In this document: positions 25,067 through 39,734 of the stretch, piece after piece
Layout of the letters: each line of letters opens with the position of its first letter
Numbering within the stretch: position 1 is the stretch's first letter
DNA from: Octopus vulgaris
Lineage: Eukaryota
NCBI GenBank assembly: GCA_951406725.2
Contig: OX597831.1
Span: 10,168,001-10,232,000 of the forward strand
Length of the DNA stretch: 64,000 nt
Reading direction: 5' to 3'
The notes under the pieces: generated by a model
What the model was told of the DNA's origin: nothing
Database searches by the model: none
Seen by the model: the letters and a program-made list of their open reading frames with translations, nothing else
Position numbers and translations under genes: made by a program

Positions 25067-25366
25067 TATATATATATATATATAGATGTGTGTGTGTGTG
25101 TGTGTATGTGTGTGTGTATGTGCGTGTGTGTTGCCGTGCTTGGGTGCGTACATGTGTGTGTGTGCGTGTGCGTATGTGTGTTTGTTTCTTGATGTGTGTG
25201 TGTACGTGTGTGAGGGTATGTACATTTATGCTTGAAATTGAGACCAACGAATTTTAGACATGCAGATGTAATTTACCGAGTTCCAAAAGAAGGTTAACTA
25301 CAAATTCCAACTAATGGACACTTTTCATTGGCGAACAAAGAACTAATGTTTTACCTATTCGACTGA

Positions 25367-25413
<47 letters not shown>

Positions 25414-25453
25414 GAAAGAAGGTTTGAAAATGCAATTTAAAAGGTGTTTATTT

Positions 25454-25494
25454 ACTTAACCGGTTTCACTCTTTGGTAAAAGATTGTCAAAAGT
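25454..25494 (-). ncRNA. Hammerhead-like motif, U3-A8 variant
   Basis: Minus strand: actt-TTGACAA-tcttt(tacc)aaaga-gt-GAAA-ccgg-TT-aagt. Stem III is the palindrome ACCGGT. The motif lies about 60 nt from a TA tract. Confidence 0.55.
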
Positions 25495-26685
25495 TACATT
25501 AAAAGTATCATTGAATAATATGGGTTCAAAAAAGTTTTTTACATAATTGTCACATTGAATATTATGAATTCAAAAATGTTTTTTTATACATAATTGTCAC
25601 ATTACATGTATAAATATAGTGTTTGGTAACAGAGAAGTTCAATAGTGTGATGAGAATATTTGGAAAAATTGGCAGAAAAGAATAAAACAAATATATTATT
25701 GGAAATTTGATTGCGTTAATTATTGGTTGTCGCAAATTGTCACAATACATGTATATATATACAGTCTTTGGTAGAAATGACATGTTAAAGACATAAGGAA
25801 GTGCAATAGTTTGGTGAGAAAATTTGTAATATTTACAGAAAAAATGGATACTTTATACATCTCAGACTGTATATATATACATGTAATGTGACAATGTGTT
25901 TAATATCAAACTTTTATTTTTATGTTAAAGAGGTTTTTGTGTTATTTCCTGTAAACTATTTCAGTTAAACTCATACGCGGACCGGCTTAAACATTAAAAA
26001 TATATCAATTGGCCCATAAAGTTATTATTGACGGACATATTTACATTTCCGCAATGTGAAAAGTTATTATGGCTGCGAATGGGAATAGCTATCACATTAA
26101 AAATGAGAAGAAAATAATGAATTACAGCGATGTTTGGAGAACGCTAATCGTTCTGCTGATAAAGCAGTGTCTGTGAAAAAAACGGAATAAATTATAAAAT
26201 CCACAGTTTCGGAAATAAAGCCCAGTTTCAATATTCTAAAATAAACAAAAGCGGATATAAATTTTGTTTTTTTCAATAAAGTTTGTGTTGATCCATTCAC
26301 AATAACACAAATTGCTACCAAGGCAGAGAAACAAGCTGAAAAACTTCAATGGACATACGTCTACGGAGAAAGATAGAAGAATAAGTCGAAGTTACATTTA
26401 TGTCGAAATTTACAGGTTAATACAGAATATCTTGTCTAAATATATAAATATGCATACACACTCCACATGCATACAGGTATACATGCATGCACATACTCAC
26501 ACACACACACGTATACACGCACACGCACATACCCACACATTTACCTATATACACATTAGTTAATAAATTCTGTGGTATACACCTGTTAGTTTGTCGGTAA
26601 ATCGCGTTCACTGGTTGAGGTTTCGTTGGGTATTTCATTGATGAGAGACGGACAATGGAAAATTCGAGAAGCTGTATTGTTCACT

Positions 26686-26803
<118 letters not shown>

Positions 26804-26811
26804 TTATATAT

Positions 26812-27110
26812 AACAGAGGTTTTGGTATTCAGAGGACTCATAAGGCAGGTAAGGCTATGTAAGGGCTATGGGAGGACTGCTGTTAGACTGGTTTGATAAG
26901 AGAATGAGTTAGGCTTCCGACACGGGCCGTGTGTGAGCGTGTATATGTTGAATAAAATGAGACGACCAAGTGAAGGCAGTGTGAAATTCCTAGGACATTT
27001 ATAAAGAGAGAGGTAGTCTTACAGCTGTTTCATGGATATAAAAGATATCCCATCATCGGAGACGACATGTGAGAGTTAAATAGAGGGAAATACCTGAGTT
27101 CAGTACGAGA
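26812..27110 (-). mobile_element. TA-abutting pLTR-like element with HHR at 27016-27063
   Basis: Minus strand: gtct-CCGATGA-tg-ggatat(ctttt)atatcc-at-GAAA-cagctg-TA-agac. Its tail is homologous to 47770-47870. Confidence 0.7.
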
Positions 27111-28712
27111 ATTTATTTCGGAAAGGAAGAAATATATGAAGTATATAAGAATATATGAAAATATGAGAATGTATGAAAATATGAGAACAGAAATAAAAAT
27201 ATATGTTGGATGTTACAGTTTCAGTTCTCTTATCCATGGAATCTGCTGTGTAGAATGGTAAAGAAGCTTTTTGTCCCTGGCGATTTTACACTACAAGATC
27301 AGCACATGGACTTAATATCTACACACTGTCCATTGTTAATTACGAAATATGAACTCCTATCGGAATTTACTTACCATAGACAAGGATGGGTGTGATCTGC
27401 GTGAAATACGAAAATACTTTTGACAAACACTGCTATTATCATTTACTTTCCGAAAAGTAGCGTGTGGTGAGTAGAACTGTTTAGACTTGTCAACAATGGG
27501 CTAATTGAGCTTATTAAAGCCATCCGCCAATATAATGGTTAGAATCTGTAAACGACTAAACATGCTTGATATGTATGAATGAAATGCAGTTGTAGAAAAT
27601 AACAGATTTCTTGGTGAGCATTATAGACGCCAGAGAAACGATCGAAAATCATAATTGCTACATAAACTACTGAAACTGATAGACGAATGTTATACTCAGC
27701 AACATCTTGGTTTTCAAATTACTAAAAGGTATTTCATTTTGATTTGAAGTGATTTTACTTGTGATGCTGTTGTCTGTTTATGTCCCTCCTAATAAGTGAA
27801 TAGAGGAAAACTCCTGTAACATAATTAGATTGATCCCCTTGCTGTAAAGTTGTGACCTTATTTATTTCAGCCTATCAGGTGATAAATATAATGCCGCAGC
27901 GGCAAATTACCAGGCACAGCGCAAATCGAACGAAACATAACTGCAATTTCGACGCCATTAAAAAGTTAATTATATAAGATTGCCATAATATATAACGCTT
28001 CGCCATGATTTCACGGCAAAGCATCCCGCAATGTTTCAAGTTACTTCTAACAATCGGTTCTAGATTGTACAAGTCCCTTAATCTCTCGTTCTCTCTCTCT
28101 CTCTCTCTTTCTCGCTGCCTATATACATGTCTATTTGCCGGTGTGTGCGCGAGTGTGTGTGTGCATACGAATATATTTATATATTTGTGTGTGTGCATAT
28201 ACGCCTATTTGAGTGTGAGTGTTTGTGTGTATGTGTGTGTGTGTGCATGTGCGTGTATATTAAAGCATGACTATCAAATAATTTAGAACATACATTTTTG
28301 ATTGACGAACATTTTCTCCGCCACCCGAGGCTTGTACGATAACTAGGAAATGGCAAATGTTACCAGCTGCATTTATATAAAATCGTTTTCCAAATATGAC
28401 GTGGAATGAAGTAAAATGATGAGTTTATATTCTGAAATGCGTCTGCATAGAAATGAATGATAAAGGAAAGGAAATCATGTAACCGACTTCAATGTTTGAC
28501 AGTTGTTTCTTCTATAAATAATGCAATCAGAGTGGAGTACGAGCACCTTCATTCAGGTCTGAATGCTCTGGTTCTAAAAGCAGAAAAGCTTTACGTTCAT
28601 GTGTCATTCATTAATAGATATCGCACTCTGTATTCACCATACATTGCTCTCAAGAATACATAAAATGAGTTGTAAGAACTGGCTATGAGCATACCTCTGT
28701 CTAAGTGCAATC

Positions 28713-28771
<59 letters not shown>

Positions 28772-28774
<3 letters not shown>

Positions 28775-28862
28775 CAAAATAAGCAACAAGGATATCCAAG
28801 GAAGAGTAGTACAATTGTTTCATGCTACTTCATTTTATTAAATCCTGTAAGTATTACATCAG

Positions 28863-28864
<2 letters not shown>
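28772..28864 (-). mobile_element. 93-bp TA-flanked element fragment with degenerate HHR
   Basis: Minus strand: CTGATGT...GAAA-caattg-TA (palindrome ACAATTGT). Its start matches the arm at 31198-31237. Confidence 0.5.
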
Positions 28865-28901
<37 letters not shown>

Positions 28902-31124
28902 GGTACAGAGAGAGAGGGAGAGAGATAGATACATAGATAATGATTTCGCTTATGTATAAATTCAGCAACCCAAATACGTTGTTCTCTCTCTCTCTCTCTC
29001 TGTTTTTCTTCATGCCATCAGTTTTCTCTACTCGTTCCTCTCAAGCACCGCGCTGGCTGGAAACTTCAAAGATTTCTTCGATTTCTCCTGCGCATCAAAC
29101 TAATACGCCTTTTTTATTGTTTTCTCACCTGTCTCTGTTATGTTTGTTTAATCATAGCTTTGAATGTCTTTGGAACTAACACGAAACACGTTAAGTCTTC
29201 CACAGACTGTATCATATTTGTGTAACTGTAGGATGTATTTAGTGGGATAAGCCAAAACCTTTTCATTTCAAGTTTAATCGCTCTGACAATTATTTACAAT
29301 TTCGCAGTAGGCAAGTCAAGTCCAAATTTATGGGTCATCACAAGGGTAGAGAAAATGAAGCTTGCTTCAATCGCCCTTGACTGGAATACAACTTGGGGAC
29401 TTATAACTTTTAACTATTCAGCCACAATATGCCTACGGTACACAGACGCACATACATACACACATACACACACATACTCATACAGACACTGGCATAGACA
29501 CACACGAACACCCACGGTCGTACACACACGCATGCACACACAAAAATAGACACACATATTCAAACGAAACACAGGCGCACATACACTCACCCACATATAC
29601 CTACATACATTTCTACATACATACACACACACTGGAACACAGACACACACAGACACAGACACACAGACACAGACACACACAGACACACAAACACACAGAC
29701 ATATATATATATTCATTTAGAAATGTATGTATGTGTGTGTGATTGTGAGAGAGTGTCAGTGAGCGTTTATGATTAGAAACGGTGAAGAAAAAATCTTCTT
29801 CAATCTTTACTTCGAATGTTATTTTATCGATTATTCAAACAATTGGAATTATGGAAGTTACTGAATAATGCATGAATAAGGATTCGTAATAAATCGAAGT
29901 GTGGTTTGTCATTGAAATTTGATTGGTTACAGCATCGAGAATTGAAGTCGTGGGCCGCCACGCTTTTGGTTATTGTATTACTCTGAGCAGATTGCACGAT
30001 ATACTAGGATCAAGATAAAACAATTAATGAACATTTACATATCTTTGATATCGCATGTTCAAGTTATTATTCTTAAGCTATTATTATGCACACTAGGAAA
30101 TGTTTGTAATTCTACAGCAATTCTTTTGAGGTGATACGTAAGGCGAGGAATTGTTTGATATAGACACTGAGCTATGTCAAACTTCATAAAAGTGCAACGA
30201 TGCCTTAAACAGAATACATAAATGAAAGGTAATGCTTTGTTCATAAAAACTAATGCTACGCTCGCAAAAGAGGAAACGAAATGTTGTATTATACCATATA
30301 CAAGGTTCTATTGTTGTCAGGACTTCCCTGAAATCTTATAAATATACATTTACCTATGGACCATAGATATCCTATTTTACGAAACTAATCTAACGTGTTC
30401 TGTAAAGACACCAATATTCTGTTGACACCATAGTCAATATAAAGAGAAAAAAGTTGCTCAGTACAATAAACACAACACGTTTTTCTTATATGTAACAATA
30501 GCAGCACTGACACTGGTGCATTTGCTTTCCGATATGTTGTTGTCTATTTTTGATGTCCAGTATACAATGTATCCTATCTTTAACGGCAGTTTGTAAATTT
30601 ATGCTGTTAAATACAGCGTAGTTTCTTTCAGAAACCCTGCTTAAATGAAGCGTTTTCTGGCAGTTACGTTTAACCCCAAAAGAGTTATCGTAAAATAGCA
30701 AAGATTTCCTAGCGTGCATAATAATATAAATGTCAGGAACACTAATTGAAAGAAACCTCTGCAGAATTCTAGAGCATTTTCTAGAAGGGATTTGGTTATA
30801 GATGGATAGATTTTCACTATATTTAAATTCGTAAATGAGCTACACGTGCGGCAAGAATTTTGATGCTTCCAAGAATAATAGCCTTCTGAGAAAACCTACG
30901 TTTACATGCGCACATAGCATTTCCCAATGTATTTGGAACTGCAATAATATTATTCTCCATCGTTTCATGTGGATTTCTGAGTATTAATTCTTATTGTTAA
31001 GCGCTACTTTCCAAACTGAAATCTATACACTATCAACTTTAAAATAACTTGAAATGCGGATCTTTGTTGCATATACTTACTTTCAAAAGAACTTCAGTAG
31101 ATGTCTAACACCCCCAATAATGAC

Positions 31125-31197
<73 letters not shown>

Positions 31198-31431
31198 AAA
31201 TCAAAATAAGCAACAGGATATCCAGTGGTAATGCAGTTTATTGAAATCGATGAATATAAATCGATGTAATGATTGCATTATTCAATTACATGGAGTCGCT
31301 TGAAGCTATCATACTGCATTACCTCTGGATATCCTGTTGCTTATTTTGATTTTAATCACCATATTTTGAAACTGTATGGATGACATCGTACTAAATTCTG
31401 GTGCCTCAACTTAAGTAAATGCCTCATCTAC
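31198..31431. mobile_element. TA-flanked fold-back element with 40-bp inverted arms and a one-sided tail
   Basis: 31198-31237 is the reverse complement of 31313-31352 with one mismatch. The tail runs to 31431. Confidence 0.75.
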
Positions 31432-31458
31432 ATATATATATATAAATATATATATAAA

Positions 31459-31788
31459 AAATTATTAGAAAGTTATAGCAAGGTGATCTCTTCTAAAGAA
31501 CCTTCGTATTGTTATAAAGAAATTTCCAACAAACGATCCCCAAAAAACAATGTCTGGAAGACACGATGTGAGAGCACACTTTGGATGCAAGTGCCTCTCT
31601 AACGTCTAACTGATGAAGTGCCTCTTTAATGACTGAAACTGCAACTCCTTGGTTTTTCTGTGTCCCTTTCTGTAGAAGAGCGTAGACTCAAAACGTAAAA
31701 GACTTTTTCTGTTCCTGAGTGTTATACTAATACATCTGTTTGTTTTGTACACCACCTGTCTTCGTCTTTTGTTTTTTTCGTAAACTCT

Positions 31789-31790
<2 letters not shown>
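31459..31790 (+). mobile_element. Two abutting TA-flanked element fragments, each with an HHR-like motif
   Basis: CTGATGA-agt...act-GAAA-ctgca (31610-31643, truncated) and cttt-CTGTAGA-a-gagc(gtag)actc-AAAA-cg-TA-aaag (31666-31701). Confidence 0.6.
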
Positions 31791-31850
<60 letters not shown>

Positions 31851-31851
<1 letters not shown>

Positions 31852-32268
31852 TCTGTACTCTTTTACTCTTTTACTTGTTTCAGTCATTTTGACTGTCGCC
31901 ATGCTGGAGTACCGCCTTTAGTCAAGAAAATCGACCCCAGGGCTTATTCTTTGTAAGCCTAGTACTTGTTCTATCGGTCTCTTTTGCCGAATCTCTAAGT
32001 TACGGGGGTGTAAACACACCGGCATCGGTTGTCAAGCGATGTTGGGGGGACAAACACAGACACAAACATATACACACACAAATACATATATATATATATA
32101 TGATGGGCTTCTTTCAGTTTCCGGCTACCAAATCCACTCACAAGGCTTTGGTTGGCTCCGGGCTATATATAGTAGAAGACAGTTGCCCAAGGTGCCACGC
32201 AGTGGGGCTGAACACGGAACCATGTGGTTGGTAAGCAAGCTACTTACCACACAGCCACTCCTATGCCT
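31851..32268 (-). mobile_element. SINE family B, full length
   Basis: Matches 60278-60692 and has a (gtaaaaga)n tail at 31855-31875. Confidence 0.9.
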
Positions 32269-34004
32269 ATATATTATTATATGTGCATATGTAATTATTT
32301 ATAGAGATTATTTTAGATCTTAATTATAATATTTATATACATTTATATATTTTCATTGATAATTTATATATAATAGTCATTTTATTTTTCTGCTTCACAA
32401 GTGGAATACATTCTTGCTAACGTTTCTCTTTCTAATATCAAAATAATGCGAACGGGAATTGTTATGTTTTCGTTAAAATGTATAAAGAATATCACATTTT
32501 TTATTTTTGTGAGCTAATATTTGATAAAATAGGGTTCAATAACTCACAGATTGTAATTCACATCTCTAAAATGTGGATAGGATATGCTAATCTATATATG
32601 CTCCACTTTAACAAAAAATTCGAAATAAGTTTTTTTTCTGAGAAAATATTGCTGTGAGAATATTCCGTTGTGTGGTTAGCTTTATTAATATGAAATATTA
32701 ACAACGTTCTTCGTTTATGTTGTGACAGATCAAATATTAACCCCGACACGCCATATCCCCGCTATAATGGGAATCTGCAGGATTCTCGATGAAGAAGTAA
32801 TGACAAACATGTATAGAAAAAGAAGACGCATCAAATTAAGTTACTCTTAAGCTGTATATGCAACTATTTATATTTTTGCTCATGAGCCTATGTGGACGGT
32901 TTAGTTACACACAAGGTCCCATATCTGAGAGCGTTGAGCGAAAACAGCTTCTTCATTTCTCTAAATCTTTCCATAACTTTTATCTATTTCCGGTATCTGC
33001 ACCATATCATACTGCATTCAAATCTGCGTTATATTCTCCGTAATATATTATATTTATATAAAATATATTTCGTCCAGTTATGAGACACACTTTTTAAAAA
33101 AAGTACCTAATTTTATCAAAGTATGTTTCACATTTATTCCAAACTGTAAATGTAAAAAAAATAAAATAATGAAAACTAGACGTGATAAATATCTTTACGT
33201 AAAGTGTAATTTGCCAAATAGATGTTATCAGAACTTTCATGCACAATGAAGCATTATGAGGTTACATAAGTCTCGAATATTCTAATTTTATGTCTCTAGT
33301 CACACCTGCCACAAACCAAAAGATACGCAATAGATCAAATCTAAAACCTCATAATTTAGATAATTTAGATCAACAGTGACAGCCATAAAATCCGCGCAGA
33401 CGTTATATAAGATGGTGTACTTATATGTGGATGTGTACAATCTTCCTTTGCGGGGAATTATATTCGACTAGGAATCAAGTATTATGTTCGTACACAGGTA
33501 ACAGCAACATAAACGAAGTATAAACTACGAAGAAATCAACATGTTTTAGTAATATTATAGTAAATAGTGTTTCTTTACTGTTTAATATCAATTTCAAAAC
33601 TAACTGCTGCGCCAACTAACTCAAACGGCAATTAATTTCAATATAAAATTATAATAAGCATAAAATCGCAGTACCTTTCGCATCAAATAATCGTAGTATG
33701 AAAATGACTGTAATTTCCCTGTCCTTGAAATTAGATGTTTTTACTCAAACTCCGATGAGACACAAACTGCATGTAGTCTCACAGTAAAATTTGTAAGAGA
33801 CCGCTTTACTGATTATTTAAAATGTTTTCTGTTTTGATAAGAACTTCAAATATTTACGGTGAAAAGTTATAAATACATTATGGCAAAAGCTAATGGAGCG
33901 AAATAGATGTCTTATACAGAAAATTTAATCTGTTACGCATACATAAATATGTACGCGAGCGAGCGAGTGTTCATATATATATATATATGTATATGTGTGT
34001 GTGC

Positions 34005-34041
<37 letters not shown>

Positions 34042-34044
34042 CTG

Positions 34045-34230
34045 TTTTAATTCTTGTAGTCACTTGCTTTCGGGCATTGTTGAGGAACACATTTAGTCGA
34101 ACACATCGACTCCAAGACCGATACTGTGTAAGACTAGTACGTATTTTATCGGTTTCTTTTGCTGAACCGCTAAGTTAAGGGGGCGTAAATACACCAACAT
34201 GAAGTGACGCTGGTGAAACAGACACAGGCC
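34045..34230 (-). mobile_element. SINE family B, diverged 3' half
   Basis: tatcggtttcttttgctgaaccgctaagtta..gggcgtaaatacacca matches family B. Confidence 0.65.
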
Positions 34231-34309
34231 CGCGAAAATGTACATATATGTGTATATAATATATATATATATATATATAATATATATAATATATAATATA
34301 TGTATATGA

Positions 34310-34690
34310 CTAATTTAGAGACGAATTACCCATTCACAACTCAGTCAATGAAGAACCCGTCCAAAGCCATGCTGTGAGACATACACCATACAAGATACCA
34401 GTCTAAAATTTTAATAATCTATAATATTAAACGGTAAGATTATTACAATCATATAATATATCAGAGCAAATGCTTGAAAAATCACAGCGAATATCATACA
34501 AAGAAACATTCATCATAAAACTATTAATGTAAAATCAAATAAAGTATTAATTGAACAATAAAATTAATACAATAATATAGAAGTAAGTACGTGTACATCG
34601 ACTACGCGCGTTTCATGGTTGAATTAGGGCTATATAAAATCGTATAAGAAAACCATATATGCTGTATCTCAACAGCCAGTATCAGGTAGA
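34310..34690 (-). mobile_element. TA-abutting element with decayed HHR (34601-34687)
   Basis: Minus strand: ac-ctgatactggctg...caaccat-GAAA-cgcgcg-TA-gt. The layout is like 47930-48180. Confidence 0.5.
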
Positions 34691-35312
34691 GATTGGCGCC
34701 TCGACCAAGAAGACGCTGGTATTGTTTCTAGTTTCAGCGAACACATATCTTTTTGCTTGTTGCTAATATCTGCCATCCGATATCAATCTGTTTTTTTTTT
34801 GTATTGTGTACAAGGAGACTTTTGGAAGAATGTTTGCATATTCTTTCGTCATACGTTTGGCAGATTATAAGCACGGATCAGCAAATGAGCCGTACGCTGG
34901 AAATGTAAACAAATTTCGCGATTTGGTTTAGGCTTAAACGTGTGGATGCCTCTCACTGACGAGAGTAAACACGACAAAAACATGACATCCCAGAATCTCC
35001 TGTACTATTGAGTCGAGTTCGTTCACACACTATCGTTGTAAATGGGTGGAGCTATTCTGCTGTGACATTCACTACAGCGACTAGATGATTTTGTGTTTGA
35101 ACTTGAATACACTTGTTAAGAATAATTATTCGAATAATCGTTCCAAATCAAACTGTATGCGGTACAAAGCGCGATTGCATATATATACCTTTTTCTAATT
35201 TATATATATATGTATATATTATATTTTGATTTAGTATTTCTAAATTGAATTTTTCCCTGTAAGTTAGGAATAATATTCCCTCAATTAATTATATATATAT
35301 ATATATATATAA

Positions 35313-35354
<42 letters not shown>

Positions 35355-35360
<6 letters not shown>

Positions 35361-35862
35361 ATGAGAAAATGGAGGGGATCAATAGGTGGTTCATCAACTT
35401 TTAGACATTATATTATGTTAACTTAGTTATTTGTTTACTAAAATGACAATTACAAGAATATACATACATGTATAACATATTATGCTGTACATATAAACTT
35501 CCGAAATTATATTCCTTTATATTCCTGTATGTTATATTTTAATAATTACTGGTATCTTTATATATTAATATATTTTATACGTAAAGCATAATATGTTATA
35601 CATGTATGTATATTCTTGTAATTGTCATTTTAGTAAATAAATAAATTGACATAATATAATGTCTAAAAGTTGATGAATACCACCTCTTGATTCCCTCCAT
35701 TTTCTTATTGCTCTATAAATTAATGGTAAAACTATCTCTTTACCTTCACTCATTTAGTACACTCGGTAATGTAATTGCAATGCAATAAAAAAACACTTGT
35801 GTATTAATAATTGGGTACCAGCAGTATTTTGGATAGATATTATCCCTTAGTTGGTTGGATTC
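35355..35862. mobile_element. Fold-back element with about 140-bp inverted arms and a one-sided tail, between microsatellites
   Basis: 35355-35497 is the diverged reverse complement of 35574-35714. The tail 35715-35862 ends at (TA)n. Confidence 0.8.
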
Positions 35863-35864
35863 AC

Positions 35865-35896
<32 letters not shown>

Positions 35897-36444
35897 CATA
35901 CAAATTGAGAAATTATCTGTATAAAACATTTCTTCACAATTGCATACATGTTTTTAGATTATCTCCTCTTCTCTTCTGTTTCAAGATGTTTACTCCTGTC
36001 CTATATATTGTACTAGTCTCCTCGAAGCAATTCTGTTCTATCTCCCTGTAAATGTCACAGTCTTTATGGCTGAATTAACATTCAATTGTATCCGAATCTC
36101 TAAATGCATTTTAATGGCTTAGTGGTTTCATACCTAAATTTTCTCTAGGAAGCATAATGCTACCATTGTGTTGTAGCAGAGGCCGAAAAGAAGAAATTGA
36201 ATAAATATCCATCTCAATTCTTAAAATTTACATGGTGTCAGATCTGTTTCTTTGTTACATTTGACTTGTATGAAATAAAGATATTTAGTTCGAAATTCAC
36301 GCTCCATTTGCTCTATCGGTTGGTATTGACAAATAAGCAAAAGACTAACAGTTTCCATTATTCTGGCAGAAGTCCACGAACACTGTATGCACGTAGACAT
36401 ACTCACACAAACGCACATACGAACACACGCACGAAATCACACAC

Positions 36445-36545
36445 CTATATATATATATATACACACACACACACATATATATATATATACATGTATAAAT
36501 ATATATGTATATATATATATATATATAGATAGATATATAGATATG

Positions 36546-36579
<34 letters not shown>

Positions 36580-36653
36580 GACGCATATATAAATATATAT
36601 GTATATAGATATATACATATATATGTATATAGATATATACATATATATATATA

Positions 36654-36700
<47 letters not shown>

Positions 36701-36715
36701 TTATATATATACTGC

Positions 36716-36748
<33 letters not shown>

Positions 36749-36838
36749 GATGTATATATATATATAGACGCATATATAAATATATATGTATATAGATATA
36801 TACATATATATGTATATAGATATATACATATATATATA

Positions 36839-36895
<57 letters not shown>

Positions 36896-36900
36896 ATATT
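36445..36900. repeat. Long degenerate (TA)n microsatellite
   Basis: About 450 bp of TA with periodic interruptions. Confidence 0.95.
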
Positions 36901-38414
36901 GTATAGTATAGTAGAGTAATATTATCATAAATATATACTTCAGTTGCATCTATATCCTTTCTGAATATTAGGACACTTTCACAGAAACTAAAATCATAGT
37001 CAAAATTTTTGCTATATTTAGTCTCATAATAGGCGATTCCTTTTGAATTGGAGTATAATATAGAAACACTTTAAGAAATCCTATTTCGGTGAGTGATTGT
37101 ATTGTAGCACTGACTCGATTGCGTAAGTTTAGTTAAAATACGAAAAGAGAAATGTAGATGTAAGCACCAAAGCTTTATACGTTTGAAGACAAGGAAAACA
37201 TTGGCAAAATATCTGTTTAAGACATATTGAAGAAATGTAAATTGCGTTGGTTGCCGATGTGCATAAAGTTCTATATAAAACAGAAAAACGATCATTTCTT
37301 TATTTTTTTTTCTTAATAGAAAACTCGTATTTTTTATGTCTATTCTTTCGGCCACTATAATGGAATGTTTTACATCCGTTCGAAATCTTCGTTTGTCACA
37401 TATTTACTGACGATGAGAAGCATACCAACATCATTTATAAATATCATCTATATATACTACTAATATTGACACGAACGAATTCGATAACAAATAAGTTTTG
37501 TTATCTTTTAAATTCCTTTCTTCTAATATCAACAGATTTATACATTACAAACTTCTTTGCCTTGTTTTTTTTCCCATTTTAGAGAGATTATATTTGTTTC
37601 CTATTTTGGAAGCAGGAAAAACAACTCCTGTGAATTATGAAAATATTCATCAGATGCATTAGCACCAACTCAAAAAAGGTTTAGCAATTTGCATCGAGAT
37701 TTGACTTCCTTTCTTTGCTACATGACTCAAACACGTAAAAACATAACCTACTCCAAATTACATAACATATATATCTGCCCATACCAAATGAAATTTCAGA
37801 AATTGAAACATCTCATACAAATTTATTTGGAATTGTAATTGCGAAATATATTTTTTACACCCATATTTTGATAATATTACTTTTAATTTAGTAATTGCTT
37901 GAAATCAATAAAACTGTTTTCCACCACTTTAAGTATTTCTTATTCGAGGTTGAAATAAGTGTTGTAATTCTAACGAAATGATTTGAGAAATCATAAACTA
38001 ATTATCTAGAAAAATCGGTGAATGTTCCAGTGAATATTTTTATGGTGTGAATTAATGGTGATATAAGACAGAATAATATATTTTAGAGAAACATAAAAAA
38101 TATTAAATTAATTCTGTTAGACTGATTCATCAAAGTTAGTATATTGTGTTCAACAACATCACCGGCAGCGTCATTTGTTTTTCGCCTTGCACCGAGATTT
38201 GTAGATTTCTTCTGGGAAGCTCAAAATTAAATTACGTATTATTGGAAAGCATAATTATATTGAAAGGAGATTATTGTGACACAATTCACTAACTTCAAAG
38301 TACAGTAGAAACAGACGATTGAAGTTGTAGCAATGTTGAAAAGAAAACATATATAATAACCATTATAGTTTAATAAAGGTAGACTTGTTTCTAGAGTCCA
38401 TCGCCAAAGAATAC

Positions 38415-38792
38415 CTTTTACCTTTTACCATTTACTTATTAGCATGAAGCCATGCTGAGGCACCGCTTTCATGAATTTTGTTCCAGTGAATCGACCCCAG
38501 CGATTATTTTATCGATCTCCTAGGGCTAACCGCTAGGTTATTGGAGTGTAAACACATCAATACTACTTGTCAAGCGATAATCGACAAAAACACACATACA
38601 CATGCATTCATGCGCGTGAGCACACATATACACATACAAATGTGTATATACGGACATATTTCAGTTTCCGTCTACCAAATACAGATACAAGACTTTGGTT
38701 GGCCCCAGGCTATAGGTACCCAAGGAACCACGCCGTAAAACTGAACCTTCATCCATGAAGTTAGTAAGCTAGCTTCTTAGAACACATCCTGC
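38415..38792 (-). mobile_element. SINE family B, old copy
   Basis: gccatgctgaggcaccgc...ttcagtttccgtctaccaaat...gtaagctagcttctta. Confidence 0.7.
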
Positions 38793-39734
38793 GTTTATCA
38801 ACAAAAATGTTACAGAAGACAATTCTCTCGCTATTGAATTGTATTCTGTAATCTTCCTGAAAGGAACTTTATTCATGTCATGAATATGTAAAAAATAATA
38901 AATTAATTTTTCTTCTGACATCGAAGAAAACAAAACATGTACCGTTGTAGAAAAATAACCCAGATGTTCTATATATTATTAAAAAGAATGTTCCATCAAA
39001 AGAGTAAATTTTTATAATACTTTACACAATTTCTATCTTACACAATATTCTGAACCCTCCCTTGCGTACAGTTGTAAGATAATCACGTAAGTACACCGTG
39101 GAGACGTGCATGTAATTTAAACACTCGAATACACAATTACCCCAGAGAAGGATCCGTTTCTTGATATCAATTCAATAAATTTATGACAGCTCCTGAGAGA
39201 ATATCTGAGGTAGCAAATTTGAAAGTATTTACAGCAGCAACTGCAACATTAGCGACAGAAGTTCATGGAATATCAACCACTTTATTGTTTTAATGGCGTT
39301 CAATTCTGGCATTCTACCTTCCACAAAATACTCACAAAAATTAGGGACATATCCTATTGTTTGTCAAGGCATAAATAATTGGGCCAAAATTGAGTAGCAA
39401 TTAACTGTAAGAATATCTTTCAGTTCATTTTCTAACATTTGTAGATCGACGTAGCATGAAATATGCAGGATATTCATTATTTCAAGCGGTTTGCTGAGAA
39501 TTCAGTTCATTAGTGTGAGGGCACATATATCAAATTTTCGGGATTTCCTCTGTTAGAACACAGCAGTTAAGTTCTATGAATTATGTTATGACATGCCAAA
39601 GTCCATAATTTCTACCGTTCATCCTGAAACGTTGGGTTAACGAAGATGAGAATGTTGCAGATTTGATTGCATTCATTGAAATTGTAGACTTAAAGATCAC
39701 ATTTCTTCTTGATGTAGCCCTAGCCCTCACGCAA

